A stretch of 64,000 nt of DNA, from NCBI GenBank assembly GCA_964106645.2, contig OZ067043.1; one strand, given 5' to 3'. The position numbers and the translations under genes were made by a program. Positions 49,910 through 64,000 of the stretch are shown one piece after another. Positions within the stretch are counted from its first letter, which is position 1; each line of letters begins with the position of its first letter. The notes beneath the pieces were generated by a model, which saw nothing but the letters and a program-made list of their open reading frames with translations, ran no database searches and was not told the DNA's origin. The stretch is from Podarcis pityusensis (taxonomy: Eukaryota).

Positions 49910-52172
49910 TATTGGTTTGAAGGATTCTATTCTGTGGTTTCGCCATCAATTCCCTAAGTGGTTTTCAGAGCACCATTTCATTAAAAATTGACCAGACTAC
50001 TTTCACATGTTGGTGCAGAGGTAAACAAAGCTCCCTTAGGAGTAGGTTCAGAAGTCACATTTTTGAAAAGTCACACTACCCCAGCCTGCACAACTCTACC
50101 CTTTTCCACAATAAATGCCTCATGAACGCGACTGGCTATTTAGTGAGAGCTCCCAGGATCCCTACAAGGAGTCCTGGTACCCAGTAAGAATACATACATA
50201 CATAGTTTCACCAAAAGAAAGGTTTACCAAAGCTATTGAAGAATTTTACTCTTCTTTATGCAAGTATGGCACTATCAAAGCAGGCTTGAGACAGTTTGGG
50301 GCATAATGTGAAATAACCAAATGACCCCCCCCCCACACACACACACTACTTAGCACTGTCACACTCCACCACAAAATTCTCATTTTGGACAGAAATCACT
50401 TTGAAATGAACGGGAGCTGCACAAGAGCGCATTAATGCTCTTTCTCAAGCTCTGGCTCATTTCAGTGAGGCTTGCAGAGACTATTGTTGACAATCAGTCA
50501 CCTCACCATGGCCTCATCCTGGGCCATGAGCTGAATTATGAAGATGGCCCCTATAAACTAAAGGATGAATTCTGAACTCCATCAGTTGGTTCAATAATTC
50601 ATCTCCTTTTCATATACACAACTAAACCTACAGCCTCCCAGGAGTGACATACTTCAACCAGTTCAGCAAAACTAGCACATCACCTTCCCTCATGAGGATC
50701 AACCATTAAAACATAAAACTGACCTGACAGCCTGGAAGAATAACTGTGAAAACTCCAGTATCAGAGGGGAACGCGCTGAACACAAAGAGCCTAGAGCGAG
50801 GGCACTTGAGAGAGAAAGGACTTATTTCTATAAATACTTTACATGGAGATAAAGAGGAAACTGTGGGTGGGGATAGGATTCTCCTCAGTAGGTGGGAGGA
50901 ACACCTAAACCAAAACAATGTTGTTCAGCTATAGGGGGGAAACTCCTTTCTTCCTATTGGACAGATGTATGATGAATAAGCTGTGAAGACACAGCATTTC
51001 ATTCAGAAGGCACAACATGAAGAAACCTGACTTGCTCCAGTTGTCTCTGGACTGCAACTAAGAAAAATGAATGGGACTTGATTTTGAGGTCCAACCAAGT
51101 AGTTTACTCAAGCCAAACTAAATTTTAGTTACACCACTAGGTATGTCTATGAATGGGAATTTTCTCCCCTCAAAATGCACAAAACAAGAGCTATTTAGAA
51201 AGTTAATATCAATATAGTAACAATTTTCTTCCAGCTGACCAACGTACTGGCTTGCCACTCTACCCCCAATCCAACAACACAGCAATGGGTTTATTCTGTA
51301 TCAAGCTCAATTTAGAACCATCTCCAGATGGCACAGACCCAGTCAAGTGACCTGGTCCTATAGAGCCTGCAGCCTGGCAGAGCATCAAATTTGATGTCTC
51401 ATGTAGATAAAAGGAAATGAAAATCCAAAATCACTTCCACATACTGGTATCACAAAATAAGACCAGATGGTGCATGGAATAGTCTATATTGTAAGCTAAG
51501 GGATGGTATCAACTCCCTCTTGCTTGTGCTCTCCCCAGCCCCTTTGCCTATTGCTAGTAGCAACAGGGAATGTTGCTCATACCCTGGGGTTCGAGCCATC
51601 TGTTGCTCCCTGTTTCACTGGCAGTAGCTCTCCTACAAGAGGGCTGAGCTCTCTTAGCCACTTCTGGCTGGCCACATTCCCTACACCCCCTGGGAGACCT
51701 TCAGGCTTTTTGTCCATTTGAATTTGGAGAGTGGGAGCAGGTAGATAATTCCCCTCTTGCACTTCATGGATCAGTGGTTTATCTGCTTATGATGATCCAC
51801 ACAGGAAAGCCAATCACAGAATGGCACCCATTAGGAAGCCTTCCTATTGAGCAAGCAAAGAGGGTACACAAACAATGGCTTTGAAAACCTGCCTCCCGGC
51901 CAGCATGTCACATCCAATGATGAAATGAGGCATTATATCCAAGGGCACCAGAGGATTCAGAGTTCTCTGCAATATCCTAGCAAACTGCCATCACAGAACA
52001 CTCTTCCTCACCCGACTCCTTTTAAATTAAGAACGAGAAAGCTACCTGAAAGCAGCATCCCAAACTAGTTAAAGGCACACACACACACATAAACCAGTTC
52101 CACATGCATATTTCATCTTGTTAATCACCACTGGATAACTTATTTAGTTAAGGCATTAGTACCATTCAGCAA

Positions 52173-52519
52173 GAAGAGACGCGGGTGGTGCTGTGGGTTA
52201 AACCACAGAGCCTAGGACTTGCCGATCAGAAGGTTGGCGGTTCGAATCCCATGACGGAGTGAGCTCCCGTTGCTCAGTCCCTGCTCTTGCCAACCTAGCA
52301 GTTCGAAAGCACGTAGATAAATAGGTACCGCTCTGGCGGGAAGGTAAACAGCGTTTCTGTGCACTGCTCTGGTTCCCCAGAAGTGGCTTAATCATGCTGG
52401 CCACATGACCCGGAAGCTGTACACCGGCTCCCTTGGCCAATAAAGCGAGATGAGCGCCGCAACCCCGGAGTCGGTCACGACTGGACCTAATGGTCAGGGG
52501 TCCCTTTACCCTTTACCTT
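52173..52519 (+). mobile_element. Full-length Sauria SINE (Squam1) with 13-bp TSD
   Basis: Head GACGCGGGTGG.GCTGTGGGTTAAACC, B box GGTTCGAATCC, tail of ACCTTT-type repeats; TSD TACCATTCAGCAA at 52160-52172 and 52520-52532. Confidence 0.92.
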
Positions 52520-52874
52520 TACCATTCAGCAAAACCATTAGTGCCATTCAGCAAGTACTATTCAGGGCAACAAACCATTAAAAAGTTAGACCAGGCTACT
52601 GTGGACAACAGTCTACTTGGAAGGCCTGGCAGGAAAGGTCAGTAACGCAGACTGATATATATTGGATTTCATGCCCTAGCAGGGGAACACTACCAATCAG
52701 AAACACAGCAAAATAATGCCACTTTCCTATAGCTTTCTCCTAGTTCACTGGGCGTTTTCTAGTTAAGTGGCCCTAGATTATGGTTCCAAGCAGTGAGTTC
52801 TAATAGGAATTATCAGCAGCTCTGGGGGCATGTTCAATCTCCCTAGCAGTACAGCAGCAGCCCCATGGCCAGGC

Positions 52875-52998
52875 TCCCCAAACTCGGCCCTCCAGATGTT
52901 TTGGGACTACAGTTCCCATCATCCCTGACCACTGGTCCTGTTAGCTAGGGATGATGGGAGTTGTAGTCCCAAAACATCTGGCGGGCCGAGTTTGGGGA
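52875..52998. mobile_element. Well-preserved palindromic MITE (~52-bp arms)
   Basis: TCCCCAAACTCGGCCCTCCAGATGTTTTGGGACTAC...GTAGTCCCAAAACATCTGGCGGGCCGAGTTTGGGGA. Confidence 0.85.
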
Positions 52999-55471
52999 TC
53001 GAGTAGCAGGAAGCACAGCAGAAACAGAGAGCCAGTCCTGTTGCAAGAATTTACAGAACACACAATACTTTTAAAAGAGGTTAGCCCCACATCACTGAAG
53101 ATAAATATTGGCCTCCAAAGCTGAAACTGTCAACTTTAAAATCGTACGACCACTTCCTAACTTGTATTCAACAGCAGGGGATCTTGATTAGTGTGGTTGG
53201 GCAGACACATAAATAGAAAAGAATGAACATTTGGATCAGAGAATTCCAGGGGGCAGGATGTCCAAGCACACAGTGTGAGTGGTGTCCATTGTTGAAAAAC
53301 ACTTCAGAAAGAAGATTGCTTCTGAAAAGAAACCTACATTGTCTGGGGATCACTGGTATTGCACAAAGCCTCTCTCAGCAAAAATGCCTTGCATGAACCA
53401 TGATCAGGTTTCAATCGGCAAGTATAATTAAAGGCCATACTGTCTGTAATGATGCTTACCTTCCTTTGAAAGACACTATTATAAATGATACTTATATCAA
53501 AGCAGAGTCTGGTACTGTAAAAAAAAACAAAAAACCCCACACTAATAAGCAGAGCAATTCAACTCATTATTCTAGAAGCCTCAGCATCAAAGCATTGCAC
53601 CCAGGTATTTATTTCTAGGGAGGAAGTGGGTGGAGAAACCTCTGTTCGGACAGCTGCAATGAACAACAAAAGAGGGGAAGAAATTGTTACTGGGCAGAGT
53701 TCAGCCTGAACATGCAAAGAGAACTCCAGAAGCCAGACAAACCTCAAAAAGAGCCAGGACTATAGCAAAAAACAAAAACAAAAAACCCCCCTGCCAAACG
53801 ATTAGTTAAAACAGGTTGCCTGAGCAATAAGATAGGGACATAGGAATCTGCTTTCTACTAAGCCAGAGTATTGGTTCATCTAGCTACACTGGCAACTGTT
53901 CTCCAAGGATTCAGGGAGAAGTCTAGGAGTGCACTATTAAAGACTATGTAGGTAGCCAGAAATAAGAGGACTTTTTTTCAGCTGTGCAACCCCAGTTGTG
54001 CAACTACCTCCCCTTCATCATATCAAGTCTTGCTGGTGGCAAAACGTGGATGCCCAAGAACAGTCTGGAGAACTGCATCTGTTACAAGGTGCCATTTAAT
54101 CAAATTAAAATTTCCACCAGGTCAAAGCCATTAAAGGAAAGCAACTCCACTGCATTTTAGTAGGTGATATTTTTGTAGCCCTTTGCCCAGTTTTTATGAA
54201 ATGGAAGAATCTTAAAAGTATAATACTGTACACATGCAAGTAGTCAGACGTGGAATAATGAGGAACATACACAGCAGACAAAGAAGACTTGTTTTGGAAA
54301 AGGTAACAAAGTATTTGGTGAGCAAATAAGACATACTGACTGGATCTGCATTTTGGAGGCTTATATGAACAGTTATTGCAAACTGGAATGGATGCCGAAG
54401 AACTCAAAACCCTCGCAGCTAAATATCAATTTGAGCAGAGGTGTCTAGGACAAGGGCTAACCTTGGTTCAAAATGTATTCTTGCTTCTCAGTGAAAAGTG
54501 GGAATATTCAGCTTTCAAATAGAACAGGGATGCAGAACCTGTGATCCTCCAGACGTTCTTGAACTCCCAACACCCGTCAGCATGACAAATAGTTAGGGAT
54601 GATGGAAGTTGTAGCCCAACAACATCTGGCTGCCACAGGTTTCCCATTTCTGCTGTAAAGTATACTGTTCACTTGCAGCCTTCATTAACCATAAAAATAC
54701 CAGCCTACAATTAGATACAAATTTATTCCAGTAACTGTAGTTTCATTTGCAGCTGCTATGGAACAAGGACTTGAGTTCATATTTGTATACAACATCCGAC
54801 GCAGCTGTACAACACCACTAGTAATTTCCCTTTGAATGGTGACTGTATGCTTACATGTACACTATTTTAGGACGGTGGGTGGCATAAGGAATGGTACATG
54901 GAGTAGCAGTTGAATACTGATAAAGGATGCTTGTATGCAGAAGGCTAATGACTTCATATACTAGCAATGCCAGAATGAGTCTTATATCTATTGCTAACAC
55001 CTACTGTTCTGCATACCATTGCCCTTCAATGATACATTGGAAGGGGGCAAAAAAAGCAAACCACCCTCAGTATAACTCCTAAGACTGGTGCTTTCTCCAG
55101 TTAAATCAAGAGTCCACCAACAATCTCAACATGTGTTAGGGGAGACCCAAGAAAATCTCTAATAAAATTTTTTTTTAAAAAAAAAATGTGTTTGGGGAAA
55201 GGAGAAAGGACTTTTTAAATGGCGGCACCACTATTGTTGTTTGTTTACAATTTTACCAAGATCATTTTCTCAACAGAATTGCTTTCAACACCATTATAAA
55301 AAAGACCACAGTAAGGCTGAATTTCTATATCCACTAAACAGAAGTAAACATCATAAATTCAGTGGCACTTATTTCTGAGTAGCACTCCAAGACATTTTTT
55401 TAAAAAAACAGTTCGTTCAAACTATGTAACTTCCTCTAAAAGAAGTATGTCAAAGCCTGACATTAGAATTC

Positions 55472-55477
<6 letters not shown>

Positions 55478-55503
<26 letters not shown>
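55478..55503. repeat. (ATC)n microsatellite
   Basis: About 9 units seen directly. Confidence 0.9.
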
Positions 55504-56942
55504 TCCAGATGAACTTTTCTTAGACATATATCTGCTTCCTCACATTGATTTCTATTATCTCCAGACCCTTGGTAACCTAGTTGCCCTCCTCTTTACACCT
55601 TCCAGCTTGTCAATATCATTCTTAAGTAGGGGTGCCCAGAACTGGACATGGTACTCCATGGGTGGTCTGACCAAGGCAGAGAATAGTGGGGTGCCACCTA
55701 TTGGAAGCCCACACGCAGGACCTAAGTGCAATAGTCATCTCCCACTTGTGATCCCCATCAACTGGTATTCAGAGGTATACAGCCACCCACAGTGGAGGTA
55801 AAACATAGGCATCATGACTGGTAGCATTACTCCCAATGGATCTGTCTAACCCTCTTTCAAAGCCATCCAAGTTGGCGGCCATCCACTTTCTCCACTCCAC
55901 GAATAATTTTATACATCTCTGTCATGTTCCCCTGACTCACCTTTTTTTCTAAACTTAAAACTGATTACTTGTGGCTGTCCTGAATCTCAGGCATGAGTCT
56001 CTCTCAGTCCTGTATCCTGAGATCCTTTTAGGTGGAGATGCCAAGGATTGGATTTTGGACCCTATGAATATGAAGCTTGTGCTCTACTGCTCAACCATGG
56101 CTCCCAATAGCAAAGAAAAATTTCAAAAGTACTTCAATTCTGCCTGTCTCATATTTTTAGCACCCAGTATTTTATTCTCAAATGAGATTAAGTGATACTT
56201 CTCACTGCGCCCTATGCAGAGAGCAGCAAATTTATTCAAGAACCTTATTGCCATTAACAATTGCTGCTTAACCCTTAAGAAACATTTATAACAAGACTTC
56301 CTTATTTAAGAGTTTACAGCAGAAACTCACATATTGGTGTTGCAAACTGGTATAGTTAATAGTAGTTTAATATGTAAAAATACCTTTAGGGGCATGCATC
56401 CATAAATACTGCAGTAGGGATTATCAATCTACTAATCAGATCCTGAAACAGCTGTATACAAGAGACCTACCCAGAATCCTGAGTCCTTCTCCACTAGACA
56501 AAGCTTGTTTTGCCCTAGCATGTGCTGCCAAGGGGTCAATAGAAGGACACACTAGGAAGGGTTAGTACAGCAGCCTTAGATTGACTGTGAGATTGGGTGC
56601 GATCCAAAATGCCAATAATAAATCCATCAACCTGTCTACAACCCCAGCTAGACAGCCCTATAATTCTAATCTGTAAATCTCTACATCCAATACACTTTTT
56701 GGCAAATAAATGGACCACAATAAACTGTATATGCACAAGCTATTTGGAGAGAAATGGACAGGAGCAAAGGAAGTAGGTAAGTTCTACAAACATCAATTGG
56801 GCTACAATATCTGGTTTGCATCAACAGCTGCTGCCCCAGTATATATGCCACAACGTTGTTAAGCAACAGACAAGCAACAATATTATAAAAACCCAGGAAT
56901 CTACCTGCTTCTAAAAGAGAGCAATTATTTGTGGCTAGTTAA

Positions 56943-57077
56943 CAGTGCTTTTTTTCCAGGGGTACTCAAGGGTACGCAGTGCTGGTACTTCTTTTTGGGG
57001 GGGTTAAAAAATGTGACACTTACTGCAACAACTTTGTGATGAGTACCAGCACCTATTTTTCTAGAAGAAAAGCACTG
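56943..57077. mobile_element. hAT-type MITE with 8-bp TSD
   Basis: TIRs CAGTGCTTTT / AAAAGCACTG; TSD CTAGTTAA (56935-56942) and CCAGTTAA (57078-57085). Confidence 0.8.
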
Positions 57078-57934
57078 CCAGTTAAGAACAACACTGCATT
57101 GAATGGGCTAATAAATAAACCAGTCCTAAATACCCTGAACCACGACAAGGTTTAGACTGAGCAGCAGCCTAGATAGAATCTGACTCTGAGGAGGAACCAG
57201 CCAGATTAGAAGAGCCAGAGACCCCAGCAGCAGAAGTGCTGAACCCGGACCCAAACTCTATTGCAGAGTCAATGCCTCAACCTGAAGCCTGCTGAACCGG
57301 AATGATCCCTGAACTACCCCCTTCAAAGATAGCATCCTTCAAATCAGATTCCTTTGAGGGACCTGCCCCAACACATCAATGGCAAGAAGCTCCCTGATGT
57401 ATTCTCACCACTGCAGGCAACATGCTACGAAATTAACAGAGGAGTGTTAACTATATTAATACAGCACAGTGGAGGGGGGGAGTTTCTGGTGCTGGCAGTG
57501 ATCCAGCCAAAATGCTATGGCACAACCTGGGGCGGGGAGGAGGCAAGAGATACTGGGAAGTCTATTGCACCAAGACCCACCTGGAAGTGGCCCAAGACCC
57601 ATTGGTGATCCCAGGCCCACCATTAGAGGACACACCAGCCAGGAAGCTAAACAGGAACTTAATATTGTCTCTCTCCAACAAGAACAGAATAGCAATATGA
57701 AACCCAGTGTCCAGTTCTACTACCCACAACCCCTTTCAGTTTGTCTACTCCACAAGAAGAGAGTGGAGCCTGGGAGGAGGAGTCAGGCCCAGGAGGAGCA
57801 CATGTGGGCTCAGTTGACAGGCTTCCCATATCTGATACCACTGGCCATGCTGCCTGGTACTTATGGAAGCTGTAGTCTGCAGCAACTGGAGGAACTGTAC
57901 ACCATCTTCCATGGATTCCTGTACACCAACTTTC

Positions 57935-58018
57935 ATGGCTGAGATTCCTGCATTGCAGGGGGATGGACTAGATGACCCTTGGGATCCCTTCCAACTCTAC
58001 AATTCTATAATTCTATGA
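57935..58018 (+). mobile_element. CR1 LINE 3' terminus
   Basis: GGACTAGATGACCCTTGGGATCCCTTCCAACTCTAC followed by ATTCTAT repeats, the CR1 3' hallmark. Confidence 0.85.
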
Positions 58019-59510
58019 CCACTTGAATGGAAGACGCAGTGTTAGAAACTCCCATTGTTCTAGGCGCATTTTGCGACATGGAATTTCATTAGAGCGAGCA
58101 GTTTCTGAGCTCCTGGCGCATTACTGCACCTAAGATTTTGGATAAAAACTGCAGAGTGGAAGGAAAGAAGGACCTTTTTCCACCTCCCCACTTCCAGCTA
58201 CTCTCTGAAGACTGAAGAAGAGACCCTCTTAAGAATATTAGAGGGGTGGGCAGGGGAAGGACAAGACCATGTGAAAAATGAACACAATATTTTAACTGCA
58301 GTTCATTCATTTTCAGCTTTCTATTCTTGTTATAAAAATGCACCTACACATTCCATTGTTGCGCCCATAACCTAGGTTTAAGATGCCATTTAGCTCCTAG
58401 CTTTCATATCTCAGTTTCTAACACTAGGAAGAAGTGATCTTGGCTACTCACTGTTTCAAATAAATGCTTCTGTTCTCCATAATCTGAAACCCTCTCTTTT
58501 GATTCAAATGAATGATTTTGGTCTTAATCAGAAAGTATTTTGTACTGATGTTAAATTGCCTATTACATCCATAATGTCAGTGAAAATTACATATACCTAG
58601 TAACATTAAGGAAACTATAGTACTGTCGAATAATCTTGTACGGTTCTCCCCACAAGTCAGTATTAATTCAGGGAGCCCACATCTTGAAAAACATGGAAGT
58701 TGGGATGCCGCATTGATCTGACCTAGTATGGCAAGGGCTGAACTCATATTCTTATGATCTCGCACTGCAACATGGAAATTGGTATCAAGGGATAACAAGC
58801 GAACATTTCCTTAGAGATTAAAGGGAACAAAAGAAGCAGTTTTCAATTAACTGCCAGCCACAGACTGACAGAAGGAACAGTACTGTAATTCACGCAAGGC
58901 AAAGATAAGAAAAGATTTCCACAGGGAAGTCTTAAGATGGGCCATCTTAAGTTTTAAGATGACTGCAGTAGTTTCAGGGTCTCCAGGCTAGGTGGATTAA
59001 CATGAGACTCGTTTTCCAAACAGCAACTGCTACAAAGGACTTTATGACCTATTAAACAACAAGGATGCAGTTTAGTGGTAGCACACATGCTTTGTATGCA
59101 AAATGTCCCAGACTGAATCCGAGACATCTCCAAGTAGGATGGGGGGGGGGCGGGAGACCCTGCTTGAAACCCAGGAAAGCTACTGCTGTCAGTGTAGACA
59201 ATACTGAATTAGCAGAAATACGAACTGACTCAGTATAAAGAATATAGACCACCTTTCTTCAATTTTACCACCACAGATTTGATTTTCCAATCCAATCCTA
59301 TGCAGCAGTTTCCAAGTTCAGTCTGTCTCCTATCTCCAGAAATGTAATCCAATGTATAAACTACAACAACTACTTTGGGCTTTGTCTAAAAAGAGCTCAA
59401 CAATTTTGAGGTCTTCCTAAAAGGTTTTTTACTTTTTGAAATATGGCAACCCTACAATAACACTGTGCCCACATCTTGCCAACAAAACAGCAGACAGCTC
59501 AGAAGTTATA

Positions 59511-59753
59511 CAGTGGTACCTCAGGTTACAGACGCTTCAGGTTACAGACACTTCAGGTTAGACTCCGCTAACCCAGAAATAGTACCTCGGGTTAAGAACT
59601 TTGCTTCAGGATGAGAACAGAAATTGAGCAGTGGTGGCGCAGCAGCAGCAGCGGGAGACCCCATTAGCTAAAGTGGTGCTTCAGGTTAAGAACAGTTTCA
59701 GGTTAAGAATGGACCTCCAGAACAAATTAAGTTCTTAACCCGAGGTACCACTG
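59511..59753 (+). mobile_element. Tc1/mariner-type MITE (TA TSD), same family as the 49693 and 47926 copies
   Basis: TA|CAGTGGTACCTCAGGTTACAG ... TTAACCCGAGGTACCACTG|TA. Confidence 0.88.
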
Positions 59754-62700
59754 TAATGAGAAGAAGCAGCAGGTGGGGGAGGGGATAGGAGGAAATCATG
59801 CCACAGATTTACACCTTCCTGTATAAATTAACAACCAAACAACCACAAGCTTTCAAGCAATGCTACTGCAAATATGCTCTATCTGAAAACTAAAAGGTGC
59901 CACAAGTTGCTTTTCTTATTACATGCTGCATTAGGGACACAAATAACACACAACTTATTAGTTTTTTGCACCAATGCAATGAGAAGCAATGCAAACTGAT
60001 GAGAAAATTCTAAAACACAACTTTCCAGATTGTTTATAGAAGTGGTAGTTCTAACTGTGGATCACACTTTCTGAATCACCTATCATGCCTTCTGGGCTCC
60101 AAAGCTCCATTATTATTAAAATTAAGAGGAAAAGCAAGCATAAATTAGGAGCTTAGAGTTTATGAGATTCTTGCAGTGTGGCTTTCCATGGATTAAAGGT
60201 TGGATATACATAAATAATATAAGAAAGCACTGGCTGTTTGAGGACCAAGATTTCTTGTTGCTGGCTTCTGGTGTATATCCCTACCACACTTGGGGAAGAC
60301 AGAAAAAGCAAAGCAGACTCATAGCCAAGTTTTGCTTTTTACTAAGAAGGGAGGGTTGAGGGAAAGGCATGAGGTGATCAACATTAATGTGGGGTGTATG
60401 AAGACAAAGCAAGCAGGAAAAGCCTGAATCGGAAGATGAGCAGAAGGCCAGCTGGGACCCCCTGGGCTAAGGCCACTCCAAATCCCATCTGTCAGTTATC
60501 TAAGGCATATGCCTGTTATTTTGAAACGTGATTGGCTTGGAAGATTTCTCCTCCCCTTGTTGCAAATGGAATCTCCAGTGCCATTCTTTGTCTTCACATC
60601 CCTCTGCAGCTGCCGGCATATCACATCTCATATTTTCCATTCTGCTGAACAGGGACTCAGAGCTCTTGTTCCCCCCACACTGGGATGACAAGGCGGTGGC
60701 TCGTGGCTGGCTGCTGTGCTTCTTAAAGGCACAGTGCCTCTCAAGCATGGAAATGTTCCCATCTCCTTTTCTTAACAGGTCTTTGAAGCCAGAAAGGAAA
60801 AGGAGAAGCAGGTGGCTGGTCCTTGCATTTTATTCTACTAGTCAAATGGAGTAGCTTGCTAGTCCCTTATCAGTACAACTCCTCAGAAACAGGAAGGAAA
60901 ACTTCAGCTACAGAGCTTAGACAGAGCTTCCACACACAACTGCACTGTGCTCCTCAGATCAATAGAATTGAAGCAAACATTTAGAGATATAGATATTTTG
61001 AGACAGACGTTTCTGACAAGCTTGTGCATTTCCCCCCAGAAAATACAACTAAAAATCCAGCAATGGTTTAGACGCGAGAAGGAACAAGGGCTAGTCTTTG
61101 AAATCAAAACCCACCAAGTAATCTTGACTTTGTCCACATTTTTACAGCTTGGGTTTGGAGAAGGAAAATAATAATGATAATCACTTTTTTGCCAAAGTTC
61201 AAATGTACATAATCTGAAGTTGCATTATTATTCCCTTTTCTTCTTCTGGAAATAGCAGGCCCCAGGGCAGGTGATCAGTATCAAGAATTTTATTTATTTT
61301 TTAAGTCAACAGTTTCTTCTCCTGCTACAATCCAGGCAAAAACTGCTCCCCACCATGATCACTGAAAGCTGCTATTAACTCCATGAGGGAATCTCCACTC
61401 ACCTCACTATACTGACAGGTTGACACCAGCGAAAAGCTTAAGAGTTCAGTTGTTTAAAAAGCAGCCTGAAAAACGTTTACACTAACCATCCTTTCCTATA
61501 CAAAGTTCTCTAAAGAGAAGCAACTGCAGGCAGAATTCCACATTATAGGCAAAGTCTGCAGTGATAGCACAGGTGGGGGGGGTAGGGTGGTGTATTTGCA
61601 CTAAAGCTCCAGGGTTCTGTGAATAATGGTGCATGCACAATCATGCTACTTACTTGCAAGATAAAGAAGCTAGAGCAAGGGAGACCATACATTTTCAAAC
61701 CCCTACTGCCAACCAATCAAGAGTGAACTCTAACAGTTTCCTCCTAGAGAAACATGTTTTTAAAATAAACATTGTATCCAAAAAGAAGTAATTGTTGTGC
61801 TTAAATGTTCTCAAACACAAGCAGCTTTTTGTGATTTGTCTGAGGTTTTTTTTAAAAATCACAGGGATTGTTATATATTTTCATTTATACATTTAGTAAG
61901 AGCCATTGCAAAAGCAAAGTACTTGGGCTTTGGAAATATTTCATAAGCCCCAGATAATAAGTTGGGCATGACAGGGTGATTTATCAAAAGCATTAATAGG
62001 GGGATGACCTTTAAAGGCAAGAAAATTCACCTCCAGCCCTCTCTCTGTCTTGCAGACAGCAGCTTACCAACCACATCCCAGGAGCTTTTTCACTTTCTTT
62101 GAAACAACCAAGCAATATTCTTCATTTTGCTTACTTTCCTTTTCAGTTTACAGTGGAGCATTTCTGTCCATCTGGGGCTTCTGACCAGCTGGAAGAGGCA
62201 GCAAAATAATGCTTAGGTCTTTGGAAAATTAGCTAAACCTACAATTCTGAAACTAGGTTTCTCCAAAAATGAAGATGCAAAGGAATAATCAGACAGCATA
62301 TGCTTTTTGGTAGGCTACTACTCATTCCCTTGCCTTGGAGTCAACCAGGGACTAATTTGCCAATACCAGGTGTAAGTCATAAGAATAGGTTCCAAGGAAC
62401 AATTTTTTTTGCCCATGGGTCCCCCTGTGTAAACAGTTTAGAACTACTGTGCCATTTCACTACTATGACTTCAGAAACACTCAAAAGTAAACAACTAAAC
62501 AGAAGAGACTGCCCATTACTTTGAATGAACTATGCAACAAAATACACATAAGCTTCTAGCCCTCGTTGCATTAGTTCACATAGAGACAATCTGCAGCTCA
62601 AGAGCCACATGTGGCCTGCAGTGCAACTGATTGGTGCTGGAAACAGCTGAAGACTAGAAGAATCAGCAAACCCCCTCAGCTGTTTCCAGCACCAATCAGT

Positions 62701-63433
62701 AGAGAAACAAGAGGTGGTGCAGGATGAGATCTAGATAACTAGCACTGGGAAAAGCTGATGAGGCCACTAATTAGCTCTCTCCACAGCCGTTTCCAATGCC
62801 AATCAGCTACACAATGGGATGTATAGGTTCCTCCCAGTCGAAAGGGATGGAAAGTGTTGAGGAGTATCCTAATCTGCATAATCCTCAACTGTTCCCAGCA
62901 CCAATCAGCAGAGGGAGGGAGGGGGAACAGGAGGAGACATGATGGGATCTCAACTCTGTGTGCCTCTGTGTATGAGTGAGTGTGTAATAATGAAGCTTGG
63001 AGGCTGTGTATAGTGTGTGTGAGGAGGGGGTGGAGAAATTTACTCAACAACAACAAAGGCATCCCCACACACTGACACCATGCAGCCCTTGATCAGTAAG
63101 TGACAAAAAAATTGCCCGCCCCATAAGACAGGTTTCTCCCACCATTCTGCATACTAAGATTAGATGCAGTTGCAATGGTGCTCAGAATAACCTCAAGGAA
63201 GGAGTACACCCCAAGCAACAGCAGGTTTCAGATGAAAGTGGAGTGTGTGCGTGTTTAAAAAAGGGCAGATGCATTATTTTTACAGCTATTAAATATTCCA
63301 AAATTCTATCTTTCTTAGTGCCCCAGGTGGCATAAATACTTACTGGCATCACCACCATACTTATGGTCTTTACTAGGAAATCCTATCTAGGCCTTGCTGC
63401 CCATCAGATTTGTATACTTGTGGCTACCTAGAC

Positions 63434-63685
63434 CAGGGGTCAGCAAACCTTTTCAGCAGGGGGCCGGTCCACTGTCCCTCAGACCTTGTAGGGGGGCTGA
63501 ACTATTTTTTGGGGGGAGGGAATGAACGAATTCCTATGCCCTACAAATAACCCAGAGATGCATTTTAAATAAAAGGACACATTCTACTCATATAAAAACA
63601 CACTGATTCCCGGACCATCCGCGGACCGGATTGAGAAGATGATTGGGCCAGATCAGGCCCCCAGGCCTTAGTTTGCCTACCCATG
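63434..63685 (+). mobile_element. hAT-type non-autonomous element, same family as the 39214 copy
   Basis: Similar to 39214-39456 throughout; degenerate TSD ACCTAGAC / ACCCAGAT. Confidence 0.85.
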
Positions 63686-64000
63686 ACCCAGATTTACTAT
63701 TGCATCTGAATTGTGCATAGATGCCTCATAAAATTCTCTTCTCAGCAATTTATCATGGGGGGGAAACTCTGCAGCATTCCCATCCAGTTTGCACGAAATC
63801 AAAAACTAAAACTATGTCCACCTTTGTTCTGTGCCATCAAGTCTCTACCCCTACAAGTCAAGAGTTCTGCCTCTAATTCCATACCCACCAAGCATTCCCT
63901 TCACAAAAGGTGTACTGGACAGCTAAGTCAGCAACCTGGAAAACAGCTGTAGAGGACGGATATATAACACCGTGTTTACCATATACACGAGAAAGTGTGA

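Noticed and set aside
60500-60815. Minus-strand 82-aa ORF preceded by a pyrimidine tract, as a possible upstream MTCL2 exon
   Set aside because: Not phase 0 at the acceptor, no good GT donor, and no resemblance to the MTCL2 N-terminus as I recall it.
45464-64000. Search for the MTCL2 promoter, first exon or a nested gene
   Set aside because: No CpG island or recognisable coding exon found; appears to be a repeat-rich intron with the 5' end outside the window.

Overview
This is vertebrate intron-rich DNA. The repeat content (Sauria SINE, Squam3-like SINE, squamate L1/L2/CR1 fragments, Tc1/mariner and hAT MITEs) indicates a squamate, probably a lacertid lizard. One gene spans the window on the minus strand: MTCL2/SOGA1 (microtubule crosslinking factor 2). 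I resolved 11 internal coding exons (45463 down to 249; 2808 nt, 936 aa), all with GT-AG boundaries and all joined in phase 0. The first coding exon(s) appear to lie beyond 64000 and the 3' exons below position 1. The main finding lies in the 967-nt intron after the large coiled-coil exon (16024-16990). It contains an acceptor (AG at 16219-16220) that opens, in frame, a 33-codon hydrophobic tail ending in a stop: PTCLLILCLLLFSTLSSATVVKFLLLFILFVVL*. The ORF track misses it. It matches in length and junction (FQ|P) the membrane-anchor C-terminus of the paralogue SOGA3/MTCL3 as I recall it. The same intron carries five UGCAUG (RBFOX) motifs, one overlapping the competing canonical 3' splice site region, and there is a candidate intronic AATAAA downstream. 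Together these suggest a splicing switch between full-length cytosolic MTCL2 and a short membrane-anchored isoform. Most other ORFs in the track are antisense shadows or chance.
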